Shown here piece after piece: positions 12,791 to 25,980 of a stretch of 64,000 bases of DNA (positions are counted from its first letter, which is position 1; each line of letters begins with the position of its first letter). The position numbers were made by a program, and so were the translations under genes. Under the pieces are notes generated by a model. It was not told where the DNA came from, made no database searches, and was given only the letters and a program-made list of their open reading frames with translations. Source of the stretch: Chiloscyllium plagiosum (lineage: Eukaryota); contig NC_057719.1 in NCBI RefSeq assembly GCF_004010195.1, forward strand, positions 77,098,702-77,162,701. Reading direction: 5' to 3'.

Positions 12791-14639
12791 CCTTACAAAG
12801 TGTGCGAGCCGGAAGATGTGTGGGTCGAGGAGACCCAGTCAGCGAATTGCAAGAAATCAATGATACTTAGCACGTTTACATGCTTGTAATTTGTTTACTG
12901 TATGATTTTGGCATTCATTTAAATCAGTGAAACATCTTCATCAACTACAATGAGTAGATCGGATCTTTCAAACTCCATGTTTACTAATCCTGATTAGTTT
13001 CAAGACTCATTCCAAGTGTAAACATATTTTCACAAGTTTTGAAAATTTTAAGTTTGTTATAACAAGTACAAAATGATGCTTTAAAAATAAATGGTCGTAC
13101 ATATGAAATGAGGTGAACTGCAGAGAGTTGCATGAGATAACTCACAGAGAAACCTCTGTGAAACTCCCTGAAATTGATACTTAGAGATTTTTGGTCAAAT
13201 TCGATTCTCTGCCTGACCCAACAAAATAAAGCATGCCCAGTGCTGCTTTAAGCAGTGGCTTAGCACTTAATCTACTTTGGGAAGCTAGTTTGTGACATTG
13301 CTTGACTGTACACAGGTCTCTTGTTCAGTTCTGTTCTACCAAAGAGAATTGGACAGGGTTTAGTGTTTCCTTTGTCGTAGCCATTTTCCATTGTCAGTAT
13401 GTACTTATGATTCCCATGAGTAAGGAAGATATTTCAAGTTGCGCTTGGCAGACTCAGTCATGTTCTCAGTGATGATCGAGGAGTTTCTCCTCCCCACCCA
13501 ATCTCTATGTTCTGTACTTCCCTGCACTCCCTGTTGAGTTCATCAGTACTGAACTTCCATATGTTCACACCCCTGGACATACTGTTGTCTCCCAGCCCTA
13601 TATATTAAATTGCCAACTTGTCAATTATTGACCCCTCAGCAACCCAACGTGCTGCCAATCCCCAGAATGGGCTTGTCCAGCTTTTCCACCACAGCAGTGA
13701 ATAATGATAACTCCTCTTGAATTTGATTGAGCTCTCCCCAGGACTGACCCTGGTCCATCCATTACTGACTTGGACAGTCAGCCTCAAGTGAAGAGTGATC
13801 AGATCCTCACTGATCTCTGAAGTTCCCTGAATGATTGACTGTGAATCTCAAAACTGGTTGCACTAGACCTGCAGGACTGACCATGGCCATTCTCCAGCTT
13901 GCAGTGATACCCAACCCCCAACCCTGGCCTCCCCAAATGGTTGACATACCGTATCCAAGTGTGTGGACTAAGATTGGGCACTGCCTTTGACTGAAGGCTG
14001 TCTCCCCTGACTTGGTTGAGGACTACTCCCTTCAAAATTTGAGAAATGGCCATTCGGCTGAATATCATGCAATGTGTTTACTCATGAGCTGTTGGAGGTA
14101 TGACATGATGTAGTACAGTGCCATACTGCGACATATTCACCCCCTTGTCTGATCACTGCTGACAGCCACAAAAAGTTGCCTGGCTTATGTCTACGCTAAA
14201 CAACAAAACAAAATAGATGTACTGTGAGCCTTTAAGTTCTGAATGAGGTGACAATGTGTAAAAAAAGGACAAGGGAAGAGATGCTGTAAACATTCAAGTA
14301 GGTGCAAACTGAGTTAAGAGAGCAAGCAAGGAGGCCTGAGATGTACCCTGATGCACTCATTGAGGTGAGTGCTTGTTGCTGTGTGCAAAGTCTTTTGGCC
14401 GCAACGTTACGTGAAAGGCAACAATGTGTTTCCAAGTGCAGCACAGAAGTGGCAAGTTGTATTCTGGCTGGGTCAGAGATGTTCCATGAGGGTTTAGCAC
14501 ATGTGGTTGCTGTTCATGGAGCGTAAACTGAGATGTTGGGGACTGCTGTCCAAGGTACAGGTATGGAGGAGCAAGATGTGAGCTGGCATAACCAGGTACC
14601 TACTCTGACTCTCATATAGAGAATTATCATCAGTTTCTA

Positions 14640-15637
14640 ATAGGTTTTTCAGACTGGAGGCCTGTGACCAGTAGAGTGCCATAAGGATCGGTGCTGGGTC
14701 CTCTACTTTTTGTCATTTACATAAATGATTTGGATGCGAGCATAAGAGGTACAGTTAGTAAGTTTGCAGATGACACCAAAATTGAAGGTGTAGTGGATAG
14801 CGAAGAGGGTTATCTCGGGTTACAGCAGGATGCTGACCAGATGGGCCAATGGGCTGAGAAGTGGCACATGGCGTTTAATTCAGATAAATGCAAGGTGCTG
14901 CATTTTGGGAAACCAAATCTTAACAGGACTTATACACTTAATGGTAAGGTCGTTGGGAGTGTAGCTGAACAAAGAGACCTTGGAGTGCGGGTTCATAGCT
15001 CCTTGAAAGTGGAGTCACAGGTAGATAGGATAGTGAAGAAGGCAGTTTGGTATGCTTTCCTTTATTGGTCAGAGTGTTGAGTACAGGAGTTGGGAGGTCA
15101 TGTTGTATAGGACATTGGTTAGGCCACTGTTGGAATATTGCGTGCAATTCTGGTCTCCTTCCTATTGGAAAGATGTTGTGAAACTTGAAAGGGTTCAGAA
15201 AAGATTTACAAGGATGTTGCGAGGATTGGAGGATTTGAGCTATAGGGAGAGGCTGAACAGGCTGAGGCGGAGGGGTGACCTTATAGAGGTTTACAAAATT
15301 ATGAGGGGCATGGATAGGGTAAAGAGGAAAAGTCTTTTCCCTGGGGTTGGGGAGTCCAGAACTAGAGGGCATAGTTTTAGGGTGAGAGGGGAAAGATATA
15401 AAAGAGACCTAAGGGGCAACGTTTTTATGCAGAGGGTGGTGCGTGTATGGAATGAGCTGCTAGAGGAAGTGGTGGAGGCTGGTACAATTGCAACATTTAA
15501 GAGGCATTTGGATAGGAAGGATTTGGAGGGATATGGGCCCGGGTGCTGGCAGGTGGGACTAGATTAGGTTGGGATATCTGGTCGGCATGGACGGGTTGGA
15601 TCAAAGGGTCTGTTTCCATGCTGTACATCTGACTCTG
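14640..15637 (+). mobile_element. 5'-truncated CR1/HER1-type LINE (RT C-terminus and 3' UTR)
   Basis: LGPLLFVIYINDLD..SKFADDTKI; LVRPLLEYCVQFWSP; RRRGDLIEVYKIM; 3' tail shared with HE1-like SINEs. Confidence 0.92.
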
Positions 15638-15694
15638 AGGTGCATGGGAGAAAGGAAACTATCGTAGTAATGAAATGGTAGATTAGATACTAAA

Positions 15695-15915
15695 CATAAA
15701 GTTGTCATAGTCTTATCAGATCATCAAGATGGTCTCTCATTAGAGAGAGATGACTGGTGTGTTTTATCCTCAGGGCCACTTCGCTTCGGGCAAGGAGAGA
15801 GGTTGAGAAGGAGAGTCCTTCAAAGTAACCTAAGCCAGTGCAGAGATTGAACCGATGTTGTTGGCATCTCAATGTGTTGCAAATTAGCCATCTAGTCAAC
15901 TAAGTTTAACCACCA
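15695..15915 (-). mobile_element. tRNA-derived SINE (second family)
   Basis: Reverse-complement similarity to 55758-55965 (ggttagctcagttg head, accagtcatct.tctc.aatga.aga). Confidence 0.65.
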
Positions 15916-16099
15916 CCCTGTTCCAAATTAGATACTATTGAGATGCAAAGAAGTGTTTTGCTGCTTGCTAGCAAGGTTTTCTTCTCTGTTCAAAATGTGG
16001 TTGCAGATGTTAGTGCCATGAATCTTATTTTTATGATCTTGCCATCTTTTCCCAAATGACTTGCAATTTCCCACTTGAAAATTCTGCCCAATGAGTATA

Positions 16100-16610
16100 A
16101 GAATAAAGTTATTATGTTAGAACTGTATCAAACATTAGTCAGGCTTCAGCTGAAGTACTGCGTACAGTTCTTGTCACCATAACATGAAAAATGTGGTGGC
16201 GCGAGAGAGACAGCAGAGGAGTTTTTGACAACATTGTAGTTTTGGAAAATTTTAACTATAAAGTCAGATAAGATAGATTGGCTTTGTTTTCTATGAAACA
16301 GAGTAAGTTGATGGAAAATTTAATTGGATATAATTGGTATAAAGTTATGAAAAGGTTAGAAGTATTTCCCTGAGAGAATTCTATTACCAGGAAATCTAGA
16401 CTTAAATTCTCCTGAGCCTTCTAGCAGTAATTTTTTCTTTATACTCCAGGGTTTTAGAATGTACAAGAGTTGTAAAAGCAGAAACCTGTTATATATTTAA
16501 ACATTTGGATATGCATTTGCAGTCCTATAGTTTACAGTACTGCAAACTAAGAGTTAAAAAATGGGATTAAGCTAGATAACACTTTTTTATGGCTGACATA
16601 GCCACAATAT
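16100..16610 (+). mobile_element. Old CR1 3' fragment
   Basis: Degenerate match to the CR1 LVRPQLEYCVQFWSP coding motif (attagtcaggcttcagctgaagtactgcgtacagttc). Confidence 0.6.
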
Positions 16611-16775
16611 GTATAACAACTTAGTTTCAAAATCTGTGCATAGACGTTTAGTGACAGTAAACCATTGACGTCTTCAATCGTTGTATTAAATTATGGCTGA
16701 TTTGTGACTTAACTGTATGATCCTGCCTTTTTGGATATCCCGTTATTACATCTTAACAAACAAAAATTCATCAGT

Positions 16776-17000
16776 TAGGAGAAAGTGAGGCCTGTAGATG
16801 CTGGAGAAGTCAGAGTTGAAAAGCGTGGCACTGGAAAAGCACAACATGTCAGGCAGCATCCGAGGAGCAAGAGAGACAATGTTTCGGGCGTAAGCTCTTC
16901 ATTTATGCCTGATGAAGGGCTTATGCCTAAAACATCGACTCTCCTGTTCTCGGATGCTGCCTGACCTGCTGTACTTTTCCAGTGACACCCTTTTCAACTC
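16776..17000. mobile_element. Palindromic Penelope-derived short element with paired hammerhead-like cores
   Basis: Inverted arms spanning 16813-17000; CTGATGA at 16909; flanking direct repeats caaaaattcatcagt / caaaagtccatcagt. Confidence 0.8.
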
Positions 17001-18121
17001 AAAAGTCCATCAGTCTCAGTCTTGAAAATTTTAGTCATAGAGAAACCAATTGACCAATAAGGCCCTCAAGCTTGATCTCATTTGATTTCATTTGTGACTG
17101 ATCTGTACCTCTGAGTTCTTTTTATGCTCCTTCTTCCCATTTAATATTTTTGTAATTTATTCTCTTGTTAGTATAGTCTATTTTGCTTGCGAATACAGTT
17201 CGTGCTTGTCTGTGTGTCATGCTTACTACATTGCACAGGCGGCCTTTCTTCAAAAGAGAGGGAGTAAGCAATTGCAGGTTTTTCATTTGTATGCAATGCA
17301 TGGAATCACAGCTTTTAAGTTCAGTACTTCCCTTTATCCAACATCACTTATGTGTTTGGAAAAGACTAATTAGATACTGTTCAAGACCGGAAACTCCAGT
17401 CAGTTTCGTTTCGCTCCCTGTTCCAGGAAGATTCAAGGCATTGTAGTGCATGCTGGTTAAGAACACTAGCTCAGCACAGAATTTGGAAATTTTCCCATCG
17501 TTTTTAAATCATTTGATACTGTTTTGATAATTTACTCCTAATTTAGAGGTGGTGTTTGCAGTATTGGTATACTTGGGAAAATAAGCTAGTCAGCAGAACA
17601 GAGAGATTGCTAATGTTTCCTTTAAGGTGAGATCTAACAGAAAGATGGCAGTCATCATCACATCAGGTTGTCACAATTGAAGAGTTATCTGCATGGCCAA
17701 CCACAGTTGAGATGGGAAGCAATTCTAAACCACTTCCTCACTTGCATTTGGTTGTATTTTTCAACCCACATAGAATATAGATAAAAATCATGACTGACCA
17801 TATTTGTCAGAAAGAGAATATAGGACAGAGCACTAGCAATGTTTTTAATAGTCCCTCAGCTCAAGGTTAGCCTACTATTTGCATCTTGCAGGCTATTTAG
17901 CATTTCAACTGTAAAATGTCAACATTTTATGAAGATTAAAATCTTTCTCTTATACTCTCTTGAGACATTTAAGCTATCTATTGTATTACCTAAGATTAAA
18001 ACAAAGTAAAAATTGAAAATCAACTCGATTGCTGACTTATGATACAGCTTCATGCATTTGCAAAACAAATAAGATTTATCCTTCTTAAAAATGATTGCAG
18101 TTTTACTACTTTTCTTTACAG

Positions 18122-18179
18122 GGACACAGATTCCCATCTTTCAAGTTCTACCTCAGTTAGATTTTATCCACATGATCTA
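18122..18179 (+). CDS. PCNX1: PCNX1 exon 2: DTDSHLSSSTSVRFYPHDL
   Basis: tttacag acceptor, gtaagt donor, 58 nt, phase 2 to 0. Confidence 0.93.
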
Positions 18180-18777
18180 GTAAGTATTTGGTATAATGCT
18201 ATTTCTGCTGTAAAGAATACTTGGCAATTTTCAACAGTCATGGAAATGTGTCATTAGAGATTTACTACAAGAGCAGGAAATGTTTTGATCTATTCAGTGT
18301 GTGGGTGGGAATACATTCTAAAGGTTTTTAGTTTTAAAGTATAGTTTTAGATTTTGTGGCTTTTCTAATTAACTAATCAAGAGATGCATTTTTAACTGAA
18401 TTGCAGGATGAGAGTATTTTATGATACTGAGTAATCTTTGATCATCCAGGTAGGATTTTATCAGTGAAATAACAAAGGCTTGTCTAAGAGATCTCAAATC
18501 TATATTGCATTCTGATTCTCTATTATCATCTGCTATAATGGCATAGAAATTATAGGGAGATAATAAATGCCTCTGGAACATAAAACTGTTAAAGCAAATG
18601 TCTTTTGCTCTGGGCCTAATTAAAGTCTCTGACTATTGTAGACAAGCAACTAATGCATCCTAGTTACGTTATTCCACTCACTGGAACTAATATAATTTTA
18701 CATTATGTTACTAAATAGTCTTACAGGACAGCTGAAAAACCGCATACTGTAGGCTAATAGGCAAAAAAACACTGAAG

Positions 18778-19000
18778 AAAAACAGAAATTACTGGAAAAG
18801 CTCAGCAGGTCTGGCAGCATCTGTGGAGAGAAATTAGAGTTAACGTTTTGGGTCCAGTGAACCTTCCTCAGAGTTTTCTAAGGAAGGGTCACTGGATTCA
18901 AACGTTCACACTGATTTCTCTCCACAGATGCTGGTAGGCCTACTGAGTTTTTCCAGTAATTTCTGTTTTTGTTTCTGATTTACAGCATCGACAGTTCTTT
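18778..19000. mobile_element. Palindromic Penelope-derived short element, subfamily 2
   Basis: Inverted arms aaaaacagaaattactggaaaa..catctgtggagagaaat / atttctctccacagatg..ttttccagtaatttctgttttt (18778-18970). Confidence 0.8.
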
Positions 19001-19268
19001 CATTTCTTTTAAGACAAAGAAACTCCTCCTATTTTCAAGGAAATAAAAATGCAAAGAATAATGTTGGAAAATATTCAAATTTCAGTTTTCAATTAAATTC
19101 TGTTCTTTTAAATCTTCCTGCTGATGGGCACCCAGTTTGTTTTGGAAAGATGCTCATTTGTTTTAAACTTATAAATTTACATGCTGGATTGTGCCAACTT
19201 GTTTGACTCAAAAGAATAATGCTAACAATTAAATCGGTACATAGATTTTGTTCAAAACCAGGACCTAA

Positions 19269-19538
<270 letters not shown>

Positions 19539-19947
19539 TAAGAGCTGAGAACTGTTTGAGCTGACTGAGACATGGATTCACATGGTGCTTCACGTATTAT
19601 GGTAGCTAAGTTTAAAAAATTTTGATTTGAAGTAAAGTCTTGACTCTTTTATTCTCTCTGTTCCACTTTTCTGAATTTACGTTCTCTTCCTTGGTGTTCA
19701 GTTCTGTGGTTGCAGCAAACCTCTAGTTGCCAGTGTCTCAATTGACTATTCTTTATTTGCAAACTTAGGATGACAGCATTAATTCATTTATTCAATCATG
19801 GAAAGCATCATAATTCTCAAATATTGTTCTCATCCTGTATCTGCACATATGGGTGCGTGGTTTTTATCATGTGCGATTACGGAGTGATGAAGAATGGGGG
19901 CTCTCAATAATTTTTTAGTGTCCTGAGACCAGCATCATTAAGATCAA

Positions 19948-20283
19948 AGGGAGGTGATGGCCTAGTGGTATCATTGCTAGACTGCTAATCCAGAGATCAG
20001 GTAATGTTCTGGAAACCTGGGTTCAAATTCTGCCATTGCAGTTGGTAGAATTTGAATTCAATAGAAATCTGGAATTAAGAGTCTAATGATGACCATGAAT
20101 CCATTGTCAACTGTAAGGAAAAACCCATCTGCTCCACTAAATGTCCTTTAGGAAAGGAAAGTGTAATCCTTACGTGGTCTGGCCTATATGTGACTGCAGA
20201 CTCGCAACGCTGTCGTTGACACTTCACTCCCCTCTGGGATGGACAAATAAATGCACATCTCGCCAGCAATCGTATGAATGAAT
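19948..20283 (+). mobile_element. tRNA-derived SINE, DeuSINE/SacSINE1-like
   Basis: A box tggcctagtgg, B box ggttcaaattc; central gtcctttaggaaagg..ggtctggcctatatgtgactgcagac; aataaatgc..atgaatgaat tail; further copies at 56820 and 60890. Confidence 0.7.
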
Positions 20284-21499
20284 TTTTTAAAAAATTGTGC
20301 ATTCCACCTCATATTAGCAAACACTTCAAAAAGTGGTAGAACTGTCTGGTGTGCATAGCACCTAATTACTTCATCTCCTATTCCAAAATGCAATCTGTAG
20401 GTTCAAACCAAGATTTTGTTGAGCCCTCATGAATTCTAAAATGAGAGAACCAAAGACGCCAGGACATTATGGAAAATGCATATTCAGTGAAATCTGGTTG
20501 TTATGTTCATAAATTTTCTCATGGTAGACTGTTGGTCTCAAAAGATTTGGCCTTAATCCTACTTAAAATATGTGGTATATGGAGGAATTTCAAACTAATA
20601 AATTAAACATTATTGCTATAAAATGTCAGGTTTGTGATGGAATGGAATTAAACTCAAACTGCTTTGAGCCTCATGTTCTGATGTGAGTTAAAACTTTGTT
20701 TCTCTTTGCAATATCTGTTTACTGTATAAAGGCAACATCATAAAACTGGACCCATTTTAAAGGGCACGCTGCCATACACTATTTGAACTGCTGGTTGTAG
20801 CCTTGATGATTAATGCATAACGTTTGATGAGACAGTATGCTCACTGTTTGCAATGGCAAGGATTAGTATCTGTCCATTAATTAGTTGATTCTGATAATCA
20901 TGATTTTGTTTTTTTTTAACATGCTTTAATCGAACAGCAGAATTTGTTGTGCAAACAGTCAGAATGATTGAATCTGCAAAATTGTATGAATAATGTAAGG
21001 TAGTTTATTGCATCACAAACTGGAACTGTTTCATGCTTGACATTTAGGCTTTCTATATGTTGGACAAAGCCTCAAGGAAATGTAGAAAATAATCCCTTTG
21101 GCTAATATTGCTGTGATAAAAATATGCAATGATTTATCACTGTCATTATAATTACATTTTATGTAAATTGAGCTAAATAATTTTGTACATTTTATACTTA
21201 ATACATGCATAGTTTGTGCACTTAGTGGAATGTATTTTGCAATATATTTGTAAAGCTTGAACTGAAATCTGAATTATAAAGTAAGTTGTCATAGAGCCGT
21301 TTTTAAAGTAATTCTTTAGTTCTTGAGCATTTTATGATGGAATGGATATAAAGTGACGTTCTTATGGAATTTGATGAAGATGTCAGTCATGGTCATGAAT
21401 GGCAGAGCAGGCTCAAAGGGCCAAATGGCCTGCTTATGCTCTTGTTTTCTATGTTTCTATTCACAAATGTGAAACACAGTTCGATTTGGAAAGGCAAGT

Positions 21500-22720
21500 A
21501 TTGGTGAAGGATTAGTCAGCATGGTTTTGTGTGAAGGAATTGAATTGATGTCTCATGAACTTGATTGAGTTTTTAAATGAAGTAATGAAAACATTTGAGT
21601 GCAGACTGGTAGATGTTGTTTACTTGGAGTTTAGTAGAGCCTTTGACAAGGTTTTGCATGGTAGATTAATTAGAAAAGTTAGATCCTATGGGATTCAGTG
21701 TGAGTTTGCCAATTGGCTTTATGTTAGGAGACAGAGGGTGGTGGTGGATGGTTGTTTTTTAAGTGGAGGCCAGTAGCTAGCAGTGTCCGCAGACATCGTT
21801 ACTGGATCCACTTTTGTTGGTCATTTTATATAAATGATTGGATAAGAATATAGGAGGCATGGTCAGTATGTTTGCAGATGCCACCAAAATTAGTGGTATA
21901 ATGGATAGTGAAGAAGATAATCTAAGATTGCAAAGAGATTTTGATCAATTGGGTTAATGGTCTGAGATGTGGCAGATGGAGTTTAAATTGGATAAATATG
22001 AAGAATTGCATTTTGATAATACAAACAAGGCAACACCTAACGGTAGGGCCCCGATTAGTGTTGTGGAATAGAGACATTTAGGGGTTCAGGTACAGAACTT
22101 TTTGAAATTTGCATCAAAGGTTGACAGGGTGGTTAAAAAGGTGTTTAGCACGCTTGCCTTCATTGCTCTGAACTTTGAATATAGGAGTTGGGATGTCACA
22201 TTGATATTGTGTAGGACATTGGTGAGGCCTCTTCTGGAGTACTGTGTGCAGTTCTGGTTGCCCTGTTATGGGAAGGATATTATTAAACTGGAGAGGCTTC
22301 AGCAAAGGTTTACCAGGATTTTATGGGAATGGAAGTTTTGAGATCTAAAAACAGACAAGAAAGGCTAGGACTTTTTCACTAGAGCATAGGAGGTTGAGGG
22401 GTGACCTTACTGAGGTTTGTAAAATCATGAAGGGCATAAATAAGGTGAATGACAGGGGTCTTTCCCTAGGTTGGGTGAGTTTAAAACTAGAGGGTATATT
22501 TTTAAGGTGAGAGTGGAAATATTTAAAAAGGATGTGAAGGGCCCCTTTTCAGTGGTGGATGCAGGTGCAGTTATGTTTATAAGACATTTGGATAAATACA
22601 TGAATTGGAAAGGTTTGGAGGGATATGGGCCAAGTGCAGGTAAGTGGGGCTAGTTTAGTTTGAGAACATGGTTGGTGTGGACTGTTGGGCTGAAGGGTTT
22701 GTTTCCATGTTATATGACCT
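21500..22720 (+). mobile_element. 5'-truncated CR1/HER1-type LINE
   Basis: VDVVYLEFSRAFDKVLHGRL; LVRPLLEYCVQFW; LEGYGPSAGKW; 3' tail. Confidence 0.9.
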
Positions 22721-23660
22721 CCAAAGTTTTTGCTGCTGATGAGGGTGGAAAAAAATGTCTGCTTTGCTCTTGACCTGCTACATCCCTAATGTCAGACTTG
22801 ACCTCTAACACCTGTGTCTTCCAGGTGAATTGATTCTGCAGAGGAGTGGTTCCAAAAACCGATCCAGATAGACTTTTTTTTTAAAATGTGATATTGAAAT
22901 GGTTTCGATTAGACAATTAATACTGTGTACTATTGACTGAGATTCACATTCCATGAGTTGATGCCACCAAAGAGATAGCAAAGTAATTTTTTTTAAGTGA
23001 ATTCCTCTTGTTCAGTTTGAAACTGTTTGTGTCACTCCTCAGCTTCTTAGAGATGCCCAGTTGTGTCTCAGCTGCAAGTATGAGCTGGTCTATTCTTCAG
23101 AGGTTTTGACAATGTTACTTGAGGGGAAAATACTTGCTTTCCTCCAAACGCACATTTAGAAAGATGATATTGGATAGCTATCATTAATATTCCAGAATAT
23201 TTTATATAAATCACATTCACATGTTATTGAAACCTGTCACTGTGTCAAAACAGTTGTACCTGGCTACACATTGAGTTCAGTGAATTTTGCTCAGATTTTG
23301 CATCAAAACAGCAGGATCAATAAACATTTACACCTGAGATCATCTTTTTAATATGGCAATAAGGTTCATAATACTCATTGCAAACTTATGCTTGGAATTG
23401 GTTTGAAATCTGGAGCAGGTCCTGATCCAAAGGTAAAAATGGCAGAATGAAGATTGTACTTAGCAAATTCAAATGCCTGTAAACCAGGAGAACAAAAATA
23501 AATCTTAAGGTGAAATGGCACTTGGTTGAGTATTGTCCCTTTCTGCTAAAGTTACAAACAGGTTTGTGCAAAATTGAGAAATTAAGTGAATTCATTATAT
23601 TTTGTGTGCCTAATTTTGAATTGCCTATTCTCTTATACTGGAACTATATTGTATTTTTGA

Positions 23661-23882
<222 letters not shown>

Positions 23883-23921
23883 TAATGAATGAATTACAAT
23901 TGCTACATCTTATTTTAATAG

Positions 23922-23954
23922 AGTGTGCAGCCTGATTCCTCCTCTCCAAGACAC
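23922..23954 (+). CDS. PCNX1: PCNX1 exon 5: SVQPDSSSPRH
   Basis: aatag acceptor, gtaagt donor, 33 nt, phase 0 to 0. Confidence 0.93.
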
Positions 23955-24927
23955 GTAAGTTCCAACTATTTTTTGTTTGAAAAACCATATATTTTATTGC
24001 ACTTAAACAATTAGCAAGAAAAAAGCTTTTCATTTCACTAACCATCGTTTAGTGGGAAAGTGTCATGATAGGTATCTTTGTAATATATTGACCTGGATTT
24101 TTGCGGTCATAGCAATGGCGAAACATTCAGTGTTTGCTGCCATTACTTCCCTGAACTGACAGCATGATTCAGCTTTTGAAGCCTACAATCTGCAATTAAA
24201 CATGGAACCAGAAGCTGCTGACAGTTATTATTGTCATACCTTACAAGACGTACAGGTGAAGTCCACTCGGAACACAGTCAAGTTGAAATCAGTACCCTAA
24301 CAAACATGCCCCTTTTATACTGTTCGTTCCAATGCAAAGTTCTTGTTAATATTGCACCTTGTTGAATTAATTGGGTTTTTAACAATATACTAGTTTCATA
24401 ATTACTGCTGAAGAATCTCATTTTAAATCATGGTGTGCGAAATTTCTCCATCAGGATGAAGTCACATTTATATATAAATGTTGGGAGAAATGGTTTGAAA
24501 TACTTTAGTTTCTACCCCAATCTCATGTATATTTCCCAACCATTTGTTTTGTCCCTCCAAAATGTTCATTAAAACAGGTGTATTTAACTGTCTGGATTGC
24601 TGTATGTAAAAATACGTGATTGGATGCTTATCCTGTATGACATCAAGGTCATTATATGCTTGGAGATCCTCTTAATTTGGTGCAGTGTTCATACTCTCGC
24701 TCGGAAAGGGGGTATCCACGCAACAACGATGTTCATTAAATGGCAATTGATAGCTTATAATAACACTTAGCTTATTGATATAGTTAAATTTCAAGCTTGT
24801 TTTAAATTTATGAACCCAGAATAAGGCATGTGACATCCTATTTGCCAGTCCCTTTAGTAACGTAGTAACATTTGCTTGGTCATGTAATTTAATTTCCATG
24901 AGATTATTTTTGTGCACTGAGATCAGT

Positions 24928-25212
24928 TTAGATTAGATTAGATTACTTAGTGTGGGAACAGGCCCTTCGGCCCAACAAGTCCACACCGACCTGCCGAAGC
25001 GCAACCCACCCAGACCCATTCCCCTACGTTTACCCCTTCGCCTAACACTACGGGCAATTTAGCACGGCCAATTCACCTAATCTGCACATTTTTGTACTAT
25101 GGGAGGAAACCGGAGCACCCGGAGGAAACCCACGCAGACACTGGGAGAATGTGCAAACTCCACACAGTCAGTCACCTGAGGTAGGAATTGAACCCAGGTC
25201 TCTGACGTGCCA
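24928..25212 (-). mobile_element. HE1-like SINE with (TTAGA)n tail, little-decayed copy
   Basis: ttagattagattagatt tail; body retains many CpGs; head truncated. Confidence 0.85.
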
Positions 25213-25758
25213 ATGTCATTTAATTAACTCTCTGTCTGCTTCCTCAAATACTTTATGTTCCTCTCACCAAAATGCAGAATTTCTCATAATTGTTGGAGGT
25301 TTATGTTTGGGTTAACTACAGTTTCAGACAGTCTTAGGATGAAGTCATGTTGTCACTTTGATGTCAAGGTGTCACATTTCTTGCTGCATATGAACATAAA
25401 AGTTGCAATTTAGCTCAGAAGTCAGCTCCCAATCTGACCTTGAAAAGTGGCATTCAGAAACCATTCTCATATTGTTTAGTTTGGCACTGTATAGAGCTAT
25501 GCCTTAGTAATTGCATTGCTTCATACTTGGGTGACCCATACATTCGTAAGATTAAATACTTTGTGGCTGGAGTTGGGCTTCTACTTGTACAGTGTAAACA
25601 TTCAAGCAATCTAGAGTTTGACAATATAATTCAGCTAGGTACTAATGCAAGGACCTTATTGATTTTGATTTTTGCAGCTGGAGATCAGTCTCCAATCTGT
25701 ATTGTGGTTTTGTGTGTGCATGAAGTGAAATTATATTTTGAATTTTTATTTTCCCTAG

Positions 25759-25980
<222 letters not shown>

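Noticed and set aside
13400..14630. Moderately GC-rich stretch with several short ORFs
   Set aside because: No recognisable domain, splice pattern or termini; probably old repeat debris that I cannot classify.
17404..17460. Strong-looking acceptor tttcgtttcgctccctgttccAG at 17426
   Set aside because: No convincing donor follows (only G|GTTAAG), so no exon can be supported.
22805..22830. ctaac..tgtcttcCAG|GTGAAT, a recursive-splice-like site
   Set aside because: The host intron is only about 4 kb, the donor is mediocre, and such motifs arise by chance.
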